Shown piece after piece: positions 27,255 through 37,808 of a stretch of DNA of 64,000 nt (position 1 is the first letter of the stretch; each line of letters begins with the position of its first letter). Under the pieces are notes generated by a model. It had not been told where the DNA came from. It saw only the letters and a list, made by a program, of their open reading frames with translations, and made no database searches. Source of the DNA: Sphagnum compactum (Eukaryota); NCBI GenBank assembly GCA_965153455.1, contig OZ234493.1, forward strand, positions 9,352,213 to 9,416,212, given 5' to 3'. The position numbers and the translations under genes were made by a program.

Positions 27255-27480
27255 ACGGGCAGAAAAAAAGCGGGCACGAATGTGGGCAGGAATTACGGGC
27301 AAGAACAGGGCAGGAAAACGGGTAGGAGCAAAGGCCAGTAATTCGGGCAGGAAAACGGGCAGGAATTCAGGTAAGAACGTGGGCAGGCAATGTTTCGGGC
27401 AGGACTTTTGGCAGGAGCAAAAAGGGCAGGAATTCGGGAATGAACAAAGGCAATAATTCGGGCAGGGACGTGGGGCAGGA
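27255..27480. repeat. Degenerate ~12-bp minisatellite (cgggcagg.. units)
   Basis: Repeated gggcag(g/a)aa units. Confidence 0.7.
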
Positions 27481-27664
27481 TATCTAAAATAGGTTCCAGC
27501 AAGTATCCAACTATTAAAAGGACGCTTTAAAAGAAATTTCAATTTTCATACCTAATTTTTGCCCCAAAAAATTTCTAAATTCCCCATAGTAAGGAACAAA
27601 TGTACATATAAAGCATTCCAAGGTTTTTTTTCTTTGTATTTGAACGCTCCTCAGCCACACAAAA

Positions 27665-28121
27665 AAAGTTCATCCTTCAATTGAAAGACCCGTTCAAAAA
27701 AATCATCCATCAATTGAAAGACCCATTCAAAAATTCATCCGTCAATTGAAGGATCCCTTCAAAAAATTCATCCCTCAATTGAAGGACCCCTTCCAAAAAT
27801 TCATCCCTCAATTGAAGGACCCCTTCCAAAAATTCATCCTTCCATTGAAAGACCCATTCCAAAAATTCATCCCTCAATTGAAGGACCCCTCCAAAAATTC
27901 ATCCTTCCATTGAAAGACCCATTCCAAAAATTCATCCCTCAATTGAAGGACCCCTTCCAAAAATTCATCCTTCCATTGAAAGACCCATTCCAAAAATTCA
28001 TCCCTCAATTGAAGGACCCCTTCCAAAAAATCATCCTTCCGTTGAAAGACCCATTCCAAAAATTCATCCTTCAATTGAAGGACCCCTTCCAAAAATTCAT
28101 CCCTCAATTGAAGGACCCCTT
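27665..28121. repeat. 33-bp tandem repeat, about 13-14 copies, with two alternating variants
   Basis: aaaattcatccctcaattgaaggaccccttcca alternates with aaaattcatccttccattgaaagacccattcca. This produces the periodic KFIPQLKDPFQ ORF. Confidence 0.9.
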
Positions 28122-29089
28122 TGGTAATCACATGGAGACTTTTAACCATTTGAAATAGAAAATCGTTCACACTTTGCCTTGAGGCTTGCTCTCTTATGGG
28201 GCCTCCCCTAATTTTCAAGCCTACTACACCCCTCAGGCTACCACCGTCAAATTAGGCCCAAGGTCCTCCGGAACAATCTAGAGCAAGCCTACACTCCTAC
28301 ACCTATCAACCCTAGTGACAAGTATTTCAAATCCTAGAAAGGGTCTTAAACATAGGCCCTTGTCCTATACGAAGTTGAAAGTTAGAAGAGGAGTTTCAAT
28401 TGTTTCCACAGAAATTAATTTGTAAATCCCTATCAAATCCAGATGATTTAAGATTAATGGAAAGTTCGCAAAGCTCTCAATGATCTAAAGCTAAACTAAA
28501 AGTCATCCTTCAGTTAGGTACAACATCTTCAACAGATTGTGTGTTAAAGCTGACCATGTACTATAGGGGACCCATTTTGCAGCATGGCAGACGATTGATT
28601 GAACAACCAACTAACTAACTAAACTGCTAAAGGTGCCTACAAAGGCACAGACAGGAATTCGTTGCCCATCTGGACGTGCAAGGATCCAAATGATCAGCAA
28701 CCTCATGGAAAGATACAAACGGCACACTGTGTTGTGATCATAGCAGCTTCTGCATGGAAAGATACACATACACACAGTGGGTTCTAATCACAGCACCCTA
28801 ATGGAAACCTTTGACAGGTTTTCATAAAGATACTGGGGCCACTCCACCTACCACAAAAACTTGCATCAGCATAAGTCAATCTTGAAGTTTACAAACATCA
28901 ACTTAGTAGGGTTTCCAGAAATTACATGAATAAAATGAAGATTTTTGCCCTCAGCCCCCTAATAGCTTGGAAGCATTCCAGGAGGCTCATGTCCTTGGCC
29001 ATAATGAATAGCTTGGACTTATTTCCAGGCTTACAATGATTGGAGAGGAAACTGATAATTTGTGATCTCTATAGAAAAAAGCTGCATGC

Positions 29090-29195
29090 AAAGGATGACG
29101 GGATGGATGAAATGTCCGTCCGGATCAAAGACGGATGACAGGATGGATGAAATGTCCGTCCGGTTGGATGATGGGACGGATTCAAGGGAAGCTTA
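29090..29195 (-). mobile_element. Inverted Helitron 5'-subterminal motif
   Basis: The reverse complement reads aagcttcccttgaatccgtccc...ccggacggacatttcatccatcc, like the subterminal sequence at 35810-35880. Confidence 0.7.
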
Positions 29196-29389
29196 TGGTC
29201 CACATATGGCATAGACCAAACACATTTCTCAAATCCTCACAAAGGAATGTTTGCCAAAGAGACAATAAAAGAATGCTCCCCCATTGTAGTCAGGGATCTC
29301 AATCCTCAATGTATGAGCACCAGGTGGTGCACCCCCTTGGGCAGAGTACCTCTCCTCCTCAGCTGCAAAGCGGCCTGCCATAATGTCAG

Positions 29390-29595
29390 AGTTGTAAAGG
29401 CTTTTCGAAAATGCCACCAAGTCACTTGAAGCTCGCCTATGCAAGCCCTTCTTATTAACTGTGGCCATGTCTCCATGATTAGGAAACTCCAGAATCTCCT
29501 CCAACCACGAAGGCTGCACCTGTGGAAGATACCCAGTAGAAGGAGTACGTTTGTGGTGATGGCTACTACCATCACGGATCGGGAAGTTGGATATT
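29390..29595 (-). pseudogene. Fragment of a bZIP (group E, bZIP34/61-like) N-terminal region, with no bZIP domain nearby
   Basis: HHHKRTPSTGYLPQVQPSWLEEILEF...KKGLHRRASSDLVAF resembles the QPSWxDExLD...HRRSxSDSxAF motifs recalled for that family. Confidence 0.6.
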
Positions 29596-30050
29596 TGATC
29601 ATGCCAACATGCACACAATGGTGCATAAGCACATATAGTAATCCAGATAGCAAACACTACTACTACCGCAATCTTTGCCTGTGTTGGACTAAATCACCAT
29701 CAACCCACAAATTACATCTCCAAGAAATTGTCAGTAAGCTATATAAAATGGTTTTGGCCTAGCATTTTTTCACAGTGTGCTGAGGGTGGTAAAAGTTACA
29801 GCAAAGATTAGCAAAGATTGTGCACCTGCCAGAGGTGCGTGCACATTTGCCATAATTGCAGGTGCACCTGCCTGAGGTGCACATTTGATTGCAATTATGT
29901 TGAGCCAAAACTATTTTCCTGAGCCAAACCGGCATGGTTTGGCTTTTTTTCATCCAATTTTAGTGTGCATGATCACATGCTGATCACTGCTAGAGATGCT
30001 CTTACAACTATAATTGTTTGCAGAGCTGCTGGTTTGCATGTGTTGTTTAC

Positions 30051-30275
30051 CTTGCCAATTAGGACTTCGTTGGTGAAGGGTCCATAAGTATTAGAGGTAT
30101 CCAGCAAGGTAACACCCAACTGCTCCATGGCATAACGGATGAGCTCCACCATCTCTTCTTCCGGCCTTGCGGGTCCGTAGAAAGAAGACATCCCCATACA
30201 ACCCAATCCCAAGCGGGAAACCTCTAGACCCTGAGAACCCAACTTCGTTCGTGGCACTGGCTGCAACAACGCCAT
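30051..30275 (-). pseudogene. Isolated exon 1 of an aldo-keto reductase (auxin-induced/perakine-reductase-like AKR13 type)
   Basis: [34 protein letters not shown]...[22 protein letters not shown] followed by a gtaaac donor at 30050. I found no convincing remaining AKR exons downstream. Confidence 0.85.
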
Positions 30276-30559
30276 TGCTCCCAACTCTAAAAAAAAACTC
30301 TATGTCTTATCTTGTAGGAATTTGTGCAGCGTCTATCTCTCTCTATCATCGTCGACGGATCCACGCGGAGACATGGGGCAGAGCGAGCAGGGGCCAGAGA
30401 GACCCTGATTGGCATCCTTCTATTTTTAAATAGAGGAAGGGGATTTTTTTGGCAAGTTCTGTTTGGTGTGGAGAGTGGACTGTCCACTGTTCAATTTCCA
30501 CTTGGACAGTAGATAGTCACCCTTTCCATGCATGCTTTGTCAAATGTTGTCCTCCTTTC

Positions 30560-30700
30560 ACCCCATTTAAGCCGGATGATGGGATGGATGAAATGTCTGT
30601 CCGGCTTAAATAGACGGATGACGGGATGCATGGATGACGGGACGGACGGATTCAGGGGAAGCTTCATTCGCACGGCTTCAAGGGAAGCTTCATTCATCCT
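30560..30700 (-). mobile_element. Inverted Helitron 5'-subterminal block abutting the RepHel gene head-to-head
   Basis: The reverse complement is gaatgaagcttcccttgaagccgtgcgaatgaagcttcccctgaatccgtcc...gtctatttaagccgga. It lacks the terminal tctatagta. Confidence 0.8.
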
Positions 30701-30736
30701 TCCTCGAAGAGTGCAGGAGAAACCCCTCGCCCCAAG

Positions 30737-33700
30737 ATGCTCGAATTGTTTGGAGACAGAGATGCGTCAGCTCAAGGCACGTCAGAATCTGCACATGAAC
30801 GTCGTAATCGCCTACAGAGAGAACGTCGCAATCGCCTACAGAGAGAACGGCGTGCTAAACAATGTCAACAACCTTCTTTTCGCAATGACGTATTACAATT
30901 GTTTGGAAACGGAGATGCGTCAGCTCAAGGCACGTCAGAATCTGCACACGAACGTCGCAATCGCCTACAGAGAGAACGACGTGCTAAACAACGTGAACAA
31001 CCTTCTTTTCGCAATGACGTATTACAATTGTTTGGAGACGGAGATGCGTCAGCTCAAGGCACGTCAGAATCTGCACATGAACGTCGCAATCGCCTACAGA
31101 GAGAACGACGTGCTAAACAACGTGAACAACCTTCTTTTCGCAATGACGCATTACAATTGTTTGGAGACGAAGATGCGTCACCTCAAGGCATGTCAGAATT
31201 TGCACATGAACGTTGCAATCGCCTACAGAAAGAACGGCGTGCTAAGCAACGTGAACAACCTTCTCTTCGCAATGACGCATTACAATTGTTTCGAGACGAA
31301 GATGCGTCAGCCCCGGGACGATGGGATTGTGGAGAAATGGACACAATATGTGGATTCTGCAGCACGAAAATGTGGATCAAAGAACGATCGGCAAATTCGA
31401 CGAACAACAACCCACAATTTTCTTTGTGTTGCGAGAATGGCAAAGTTCTATTGCCGAATCTTCCTGCAACACCGCAAGAGCTGGAAGTTCTTTTAACCAA
31501 CAAAGAGAGTAGTGTTGTCAAATTTCAAAATCAGATTCGCATGTACAATTCGGTGTTGGCATTCACTTCGCTCGGTGCCAAAGTTGATGAGTCGGTAACA
31601 GGAGGGCCTGGACCGTACTCCTTTCGCATTCAAGGTGAACTTTATCACAAAATCGGATCCCTATGTCTTGCCGAAGGACAACGGCCACAGTTTGCACAGC
31701 TGTACATTCATGATACGAAACACGAACATCAAAACCGGCATGCTGTTATGCCCTTGCTTGATCCAACGACATTGGATCGGTTGTTGACCATGATGTACAA
31801 TATCAATCCCTATGTCGAAATGTTCAAAATGGCAAGGGATATGATGGTAACAGAAGGTGCTCCCATGGATCTGAAATTGCGTCTCATTGCCTCTCGAACA
31901 AAGGATGCCCGCCGATACAATGTGCCGACGGCCGATGAAGTCGCTGCATTGATGGTAGGAGATGGTTCTAAGGCTGTAGACAGACGTGACGTCGTCCTTG
32001 CTCAGCAAGTTGGCCCGTTTCAGTGCATTTCTGAACTACATGTCGGATACATGGCTTTACATTATCCGTTGTTATTTCCTTACGGTGAGGATGGATGACA
32101 TCCGAATATTCTGGTCAATGGTGTTGTTGCTGATACAGATTTGGATGAAGACCATGCGAGAGAATCTGAGCTTAAAAAAAAACATTGCAATGTGACAATG
32201 GCGGAATTTTATGGTTATCGGCTTCAACATCGAGACACCGATGGCATTGCGTTGCTTCGGGGTGACCGATTGCGGCAACAATACATTGTGGATGCTTATG
32301 TGGCTATCGAACAAAATCGCTTGAAGTATCTGCGCTTGAATCAAAAAAAACTTCGCGCGGATCTTTATCAAGGCCTTCAAGACGCCATCGCTGCAGGTGA
32401 CACTAGCGCTGCTGCCATCGGACAAAGGATCATTCTGCCATCTTCTTTCACAGTAGGTCCACGTCACATGGTTCAGAATTATCAAGATGCCATGGCAATC
32501 TGTAGATGGGCCGGCTGCCCGGATGCGTTTGTTACATTCACTTGCAATCCCCAATGGTTTGAAATCAAGAAAGCGTTGCTACTCGGACAACAACCTCAGG
32601 ATCGACCCGATTTGGTAACCCGAGTGTTCAAAATCAAGCTAAAGGAGTTGATCAATGACATTCACAAGAACCATATTTTGGGACGCACGATTGCAGGAAT
32701 GTATGTCATTGAATTTCAAAAGCGTGGGCTGCCACATGCACACATTCTCATCTTCTTTACCGAAGACTGCAAACCACACACGGTCGAGGATGTGGACCGC
32801 ATGATCAGTGTTGAACTTCCGAATTCAGAAACAAACAAGTTGGCCCACGAGACCGTTGCCAGATGCATGATGCATGGTCCATGTGGAGCTGCGTTTCCAA
32901 ATGCCCCGTGCATGGAAGAAGGCAAATGCAAAAAACAATATCCACGCAAGTTCCAATCCGAGACGATGACGGATGTAAACGGATACCCTATTTATCGGCG
33001 TAGAGATACGGGGCACACAGTTTTGGTTCATGGCATTGAATTGGACAATCGTTGGGTGGTACCGCACAATGTCTATTTATCAACCAAATACGATGCGCAC
33101 ATCAACGTTGAAGTCTGCAACAATATTCGTGCAGTCAAATATCTATTCAAGTACGTATATAAAGGACATGATCGTGCAACTATTGAGATCTCACGCTAGA
33201 GCGACAATGCCACCGAAGGGAATGTGGTCGAAACTGATGAAACTAAGAAATATCTCGACTGTCGCTATGTATCTGCATCGAAGGCAGTGTGGCGCATCTT
33301 CAAGTTTGATATGCATGAGCGGTTTCCTACCGTTGAGCGTCTGCGATACCATTTGCCCAATCAGCAAACGGTGCTGTTTGACGATGATGATGATGTGCAG
33401 GAAGTGGCAACACAATCAGCCATTTCTAGAACGATGCTCACAGAATGGTTCAAAACAAACCAAGAATCGGAAGTTGCACGAAGCCTTACATTCGATCAAT
33501 TCCCTCAGCAATGGGTGTGGAATCGAAAGTTGAAGCGATGGACAATGCGCAAGAGAGGTTTTGCCATTGGTTGCATGTATTATGCACACCCGACATCGGG
33601 TGAACGTTATTATTTGCGAATACTGCTGAACTGCGTCAAAGGTGCCACATCCTACGAGCATTTGCGGACAGTGGATGGCAGAGAGCACGACACATTCAAA

Positions 33701-35584
33701 GATGCATGCATTGCAATGGGTTTGCTTGCAGACGATAATGAATGGCATCAAGCCTTGGAAGAAGTTGGTGTTTGGGCCTCAGGACGACAACTGCGTGACA
33801 TGTTTGCCTCCATGTTGATGTTTTGTGAGGTCACGAATCCGAGACAGCTATGGGATGCACATTGGGAGTCTTTGAGCGATGACATTGAAACAATGACACG
33901 CTGCGAGCGTGCTGATCCAACTGTTACCCTTTCTGAGGATGCGCTAAAGGATCGTGCATTGTATGAGATCGATCAGGTTCTCATGCGCAATGGACACCGC
34001 CTGGAAGATTTTCCAACGCTTCCCAAGTCTAATTACATCCCTTCTGTTCATGGAGGAAACCGATTAGTCGAAGAAGAGTTGGCTTATGATCAGCATTCAT
34101 TGACCCTAGATGTAGACAATGCAAAAGATAGGCTCAATGGTGATCAGCGCAACGCATACGAAACTATTTTGAATGCCGTGACAAACAAAGAGGGCAAACT
34201 ATTCTTTGTGTATGGCAGTGGTGGGACCGGCAAAACATTTGTTTGGACAACACTTTTGTCCCGTCTACGAGGGCAAGGCAAAATCGTGCTTGCAGTTGCC
34301 TCATCAGGAATTGCATCTTTGTTGCTTCTGGGCGGCAGAACCGCCCATTCAAGATTCAAGATTCCGATTGATCTCCACGATGAGTCAACTTGCAACATCA
34401 CACAACAGATGAAAGTGGCCGAGTTGGTGCGTAAAGCTGATCTGATCATTTGGGATGAGGCACCGATGATGCATCGTCGAGCTTTTGAAGCTGTTGATCG
34501 CACCTTGCGTGATTTGATGCAATTGGATGATGCACAGGCAACCGAGAAAATCTTTGGTGGGAAAACTGTGGTCCTTGGTGGGGATTTTCGACAGATCTTG
34601 CCTGTTGTTCCCAAGGGGGGACGAGAAGACATTGTCAGTGCTTCGTTGCTTCGATCGCATCTTTGGCAGCATGTTATAATTCTTCGTCTTCATATCAACA
34701 TGCGAGTCATGGCAACCAATTCTGAAGAGCAGCGAGAGTTTACCAAATGGGTGTTGAATGTTGGAGACGGTAATCTTCCTCCCATTGCAAAAGAAGAAGG
34801 TGTCGATCCAGATTGGATCAAGATTCCATCCCATATGAGGCTGCCAACAGAAGATTGCAGCTTAAAAGGATTAATCCGAACCATCTATCCGCATCACCAG
34901 TGCCACTCTGGAGATGCCATGTATATTATGCAACGCAGCATTCTAGCCCCTAAGAATACTAACGTTGATGAAGTCAACAATGCAATTTTAGAATCGCTAT
35001 CTGAAGAATCGCACACATACCTCAGCGCAAATTCTTTGACTCCAACAGAAGAAGGTGCAAGTGTTGCTGCATGAGTTTCAATGGATTCATTATATCCGGT
35101 GGAATTTTTAGAGACTTTGCAATTTAGCGGTATCGCAAATCATGAGCTGGAACTCAAAGTGGGTGTGCCAATCCTTTTGTTGCGTAATCTCAATCAATCA
35201 ATAGGATTGTGCAATGGTACGAGGTTGATTGTCAAAAGATTAGGTCAGCGTGTCATTGAAGCGGAAATCATCACAGGAAACAATGTCGGCAAACGTGTGT
35301 TCATACCTCGCATCATCATGTCCCCTTCTGGGACCGATTGGCCATTTGTTTTGTGTCGTCGTCAATTTCCAGTTCGAGTGGCATTTGCGATCACAATCAA
35401 CAAAAGTCAAGGTCAGACATTCAACAACGTTGGGGTATATTTGCCGTCTCCGGTCTATTCCCATGGTCAGCTCTATGTTGCTATTTCACGGGTCACAAGT
35501 AGTGCAAACATCAAGATTTTCAACGGCCACAGTCCCGATAGATACATGCGGAATGTCGTATATAAAGAGGTTTTGGAAATGTAG
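30737..35584 (+). pseudogene. Helitron RepHel transposase (Zn finger + HUH Rep + Pif1 helicase), single frame with 3 premature stops
   Basis: ORFs 30737, 32141, 33224 and 35081 share one frame, separated by TGA 32096, TAG 33197 and TGA 35072. Motifs: [89 protein letters not shown]. Confidence 0.96.
30740..31312 (+). repeat. 129-bp (43-aa) coding tandem repeat, four copies plus a partial, at the RepHel N-terminus
   Basis: The (t/c)attacaattgttt anchor occurs at 30891, 31020, 31149 and 31278. Unit: LQLFGDGDASAQGTSESAHERRNRLQRERRAKQREQPSFRNDV. Confidence 0.92.
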
Positions 35585-35714
35585 TTGGTAGGTGTAATTT
35601 TGTAATATGTATCGTCAAATGCACAGGCAAAAATGGATTCATACTAGATTTTTTATTTAAAATAAACAAAGTAACTGCGACACCAATATCATTGAGCATC
35701 ATTTTGTAATATGT

Positions 35715-35761
35715 ACCGTCAAATACACACACCTGTGCATTATGCACGGGGCTCAAACTAG
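35715..35761 (+). mobile_element. Helitron 3' terminus (hairpin + CTAG) of the RepHel-bearing element
   Basis: acctgtgcattatgcacggggctcaaaCTAG, about 180 bp after the RepHel stop. Confidence 0.92.
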
Positions 35762-36678
35762 TCTATAGTAAAGGAACAATGAAGCCTCCCTTGAAGCCGT
35801 CCGAATGAAGCTTCCCCTAAATCCGTCCGGACCGGACGGACATTTCTTCCATCCGTCCGACCCGTCCATCCATCCGTCCCGTCATACAGGGAAGATGGCA
35901 TCATACAGGGAAAAAAACCCTGGCAGAAATAAATAACCCCCCCCCCCGCCCCCTCATGCCCGGCCCCAGGGGGGGCACCCCCAAGATTTACTGTACAAAG
36001 GACGTGGTCTTTTTCTTTTCATTTTTTTTTTCGTTCTCTGTTTTCGGTGTTTTTTTTGGTTTATAATAATAAAATAGAAAAATAGAAAAATAATCTTATA
36101 TATATATATATATAGTTTTAATTTTTTAATTCATCCATCCCATCAGCCGTCTATTTAAGCCGGACGGGGATGGATGTCTATTTAAGCCGGATGGGGTGGG
36201 TTAGGACCGGCAAAGACCCAGCAGTTTTAGGTGCATGTTTGATTTATTTTAAACACACACCTGTGCATTAGGCACGGGGCACAAACTTGCCCGCCCCCAA
36301 GGGGGGCACCCCCAAGATTTACTGTACAGAGGACGGGGTGTTTTTCTTTTCATTTGTTTTTTCGTTCTCTATTTTCGGTGTTTCTTTTTGTTTATAATAA
36401 TAATAATAAAATAAAAAAATGAAAAATTATCTTATATATATATATGTACCGTTTCAATACGCACACCTGTGCATTATGCATGGGGCTCAAACTTGCCCGG
36501 CCCCAGGGGGGCACCCCTAAGATTTACTGTATAGAGGACGGGGTGTTTTTCTTTTCATTTTCTTTTTTGTTCTCTATTTTCGGTGTTTCTTTTTGTTTAT
36601 AATAATAATAATAAAACAAAAAAATGAAAAATTATGTACCGTCAAATACACACACCTGTGCATTATGCACGGGGCTCA
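35762..36678 (+). mobile_element. Non-autonomous Helitron of the same family as the 21.5-26.6 kb array
   Basis: Starts TCtatagtaaaggaacaatgaagc immediately after CTAG. Has three hairpin copies, and the last loses its CTAG where it fuses to the next element. Confidence 0.88.
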
Positions 36679-36843
36679 GACGTCGTGGTCGTGAAGCTTC
36701 AGGATGAAATGAAGCTTTCCATCCATCCGTCCGTCCGTCATCCATCCAAACAGAACAAATATATTTTTTAAAAAGGAAAAAAACTAGAAAAAAAATCAAA
36801 ACAGAAAAACACTTTAACAATTAAATTTTTTTTGTAAACACTT

Positions 36844-37808
36844 TCTAAAATATAGTAAAGGACGTCGTGGTCGTGAAGCTTCGGGATGAAATGAAGCTTT
36901 CCATCATCCACCCGTCCGTCATCCATCCCGTCATCCGTCCCGTCATCCATCCAAACAGAACAAATATATATTTAAGAAAGGAAAAAACTAGAAACAAAAT
37001 GAAACAAAAACACTTTAACAATTAGAAACTTTTTGTAAACACTTAAACATGAAACAAAAAAGGGAAATACAGTAAAATAATCTTAATAGAAAATTAAAAA
37101 ATAGATGACAAAAAATAAGAAACAAAACAGAGAGCAAAAGAAAGAGAAAAAAAACCCATACTTGAAAAAAAAAAAGAGGTTTGTCTTCTTTTTCCAAACT
37201 TCAAACCTGCATCTAATCAAACAAAAATAAAAAAGTTTTTTTAATTATTTTTATTATAAAACATATTAAAAAAACTAGAATTTTTTTGGAAAATAAAATA
37301 GAAACTAAATAAATAAATAAACGCATAAAAATAAAAATAAAATGAAGATAGACAAAATAAGAATAGAAAAAATTAAAACATGAAACAAACATAAACAAAA
37401 AAAAGTAAAAACACAAAAACTATAAAAAAAAGGAACGGAAACAAATGAAACAAGGAAAGGGAAATACAGTAAAATCATTTTAAGAGAAAAAAAATTACAA
37501 AAAAGAAGAAACCAAACAAAGAGTAGAAAATAAGAAACAATAAAACTTATAATAATGAAGAAAAACCCTACTTGAAAAAGAATGAGGTGTGTCTTCTTTC
37601 TCCAAACTTCAAACTTGCATCCAAATAAACAAAAATACAAAAGTGAAAAAGAAACATTTTATTTTTATTATACAAAATAATAATAAAAATAGAAAACACA
37701 TAAAAATAAAAAATAAAAAAGATAAAAGTTTCTATAAAAAAAACTAATACATGAACCAAACATTGTTGAAATAACACACCTGTGCATTAGGCACAGGGTT
37801 CAAACTAG
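36844..37808 (+). mobile_element. ~0.96-kb A-rich non-autonomous Helitron (second family), preceded by a partial copy at 36679-36843
   Basis: 5' TCtaaaatatagtaaaggacgtcgtggtcgtgaagc and 3' cctgtgcattaggcacagggttcaaaCTAG|t. Confidence 0.88.

Noticed and set aside
27665-28121. CRISPR-like array
   Set aside because: The units are contiguous with no unique spacers, there are no cas genes, and the context is eukaryotic. It is a minisatellite.
28930-28970. AIRGLRAKI on the minus strand as AKR exon 2
   Set aside because: The acceptor reads caa and the expected ATKFG motif does not follow. It is too short to support.
30528-31496. 322-aa overlapping ORF as a real gene
   Set aside because: It begins inside an inverted Helitron block and is long only because the 129-bp unit has no stop in that frame.
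32096-35074. Programmed read-through or RNA editing of the three RepHel stops
   Set aside because: The stops are of mixed types and are accompanied by many similar missense transitions. Simple decay of a nuclear TE explains them.
36632-37777. Phe-rich hydrophobic ORFs
   Set aside because: They are translations of poly-T strands inside non-autonomous Helitrons.
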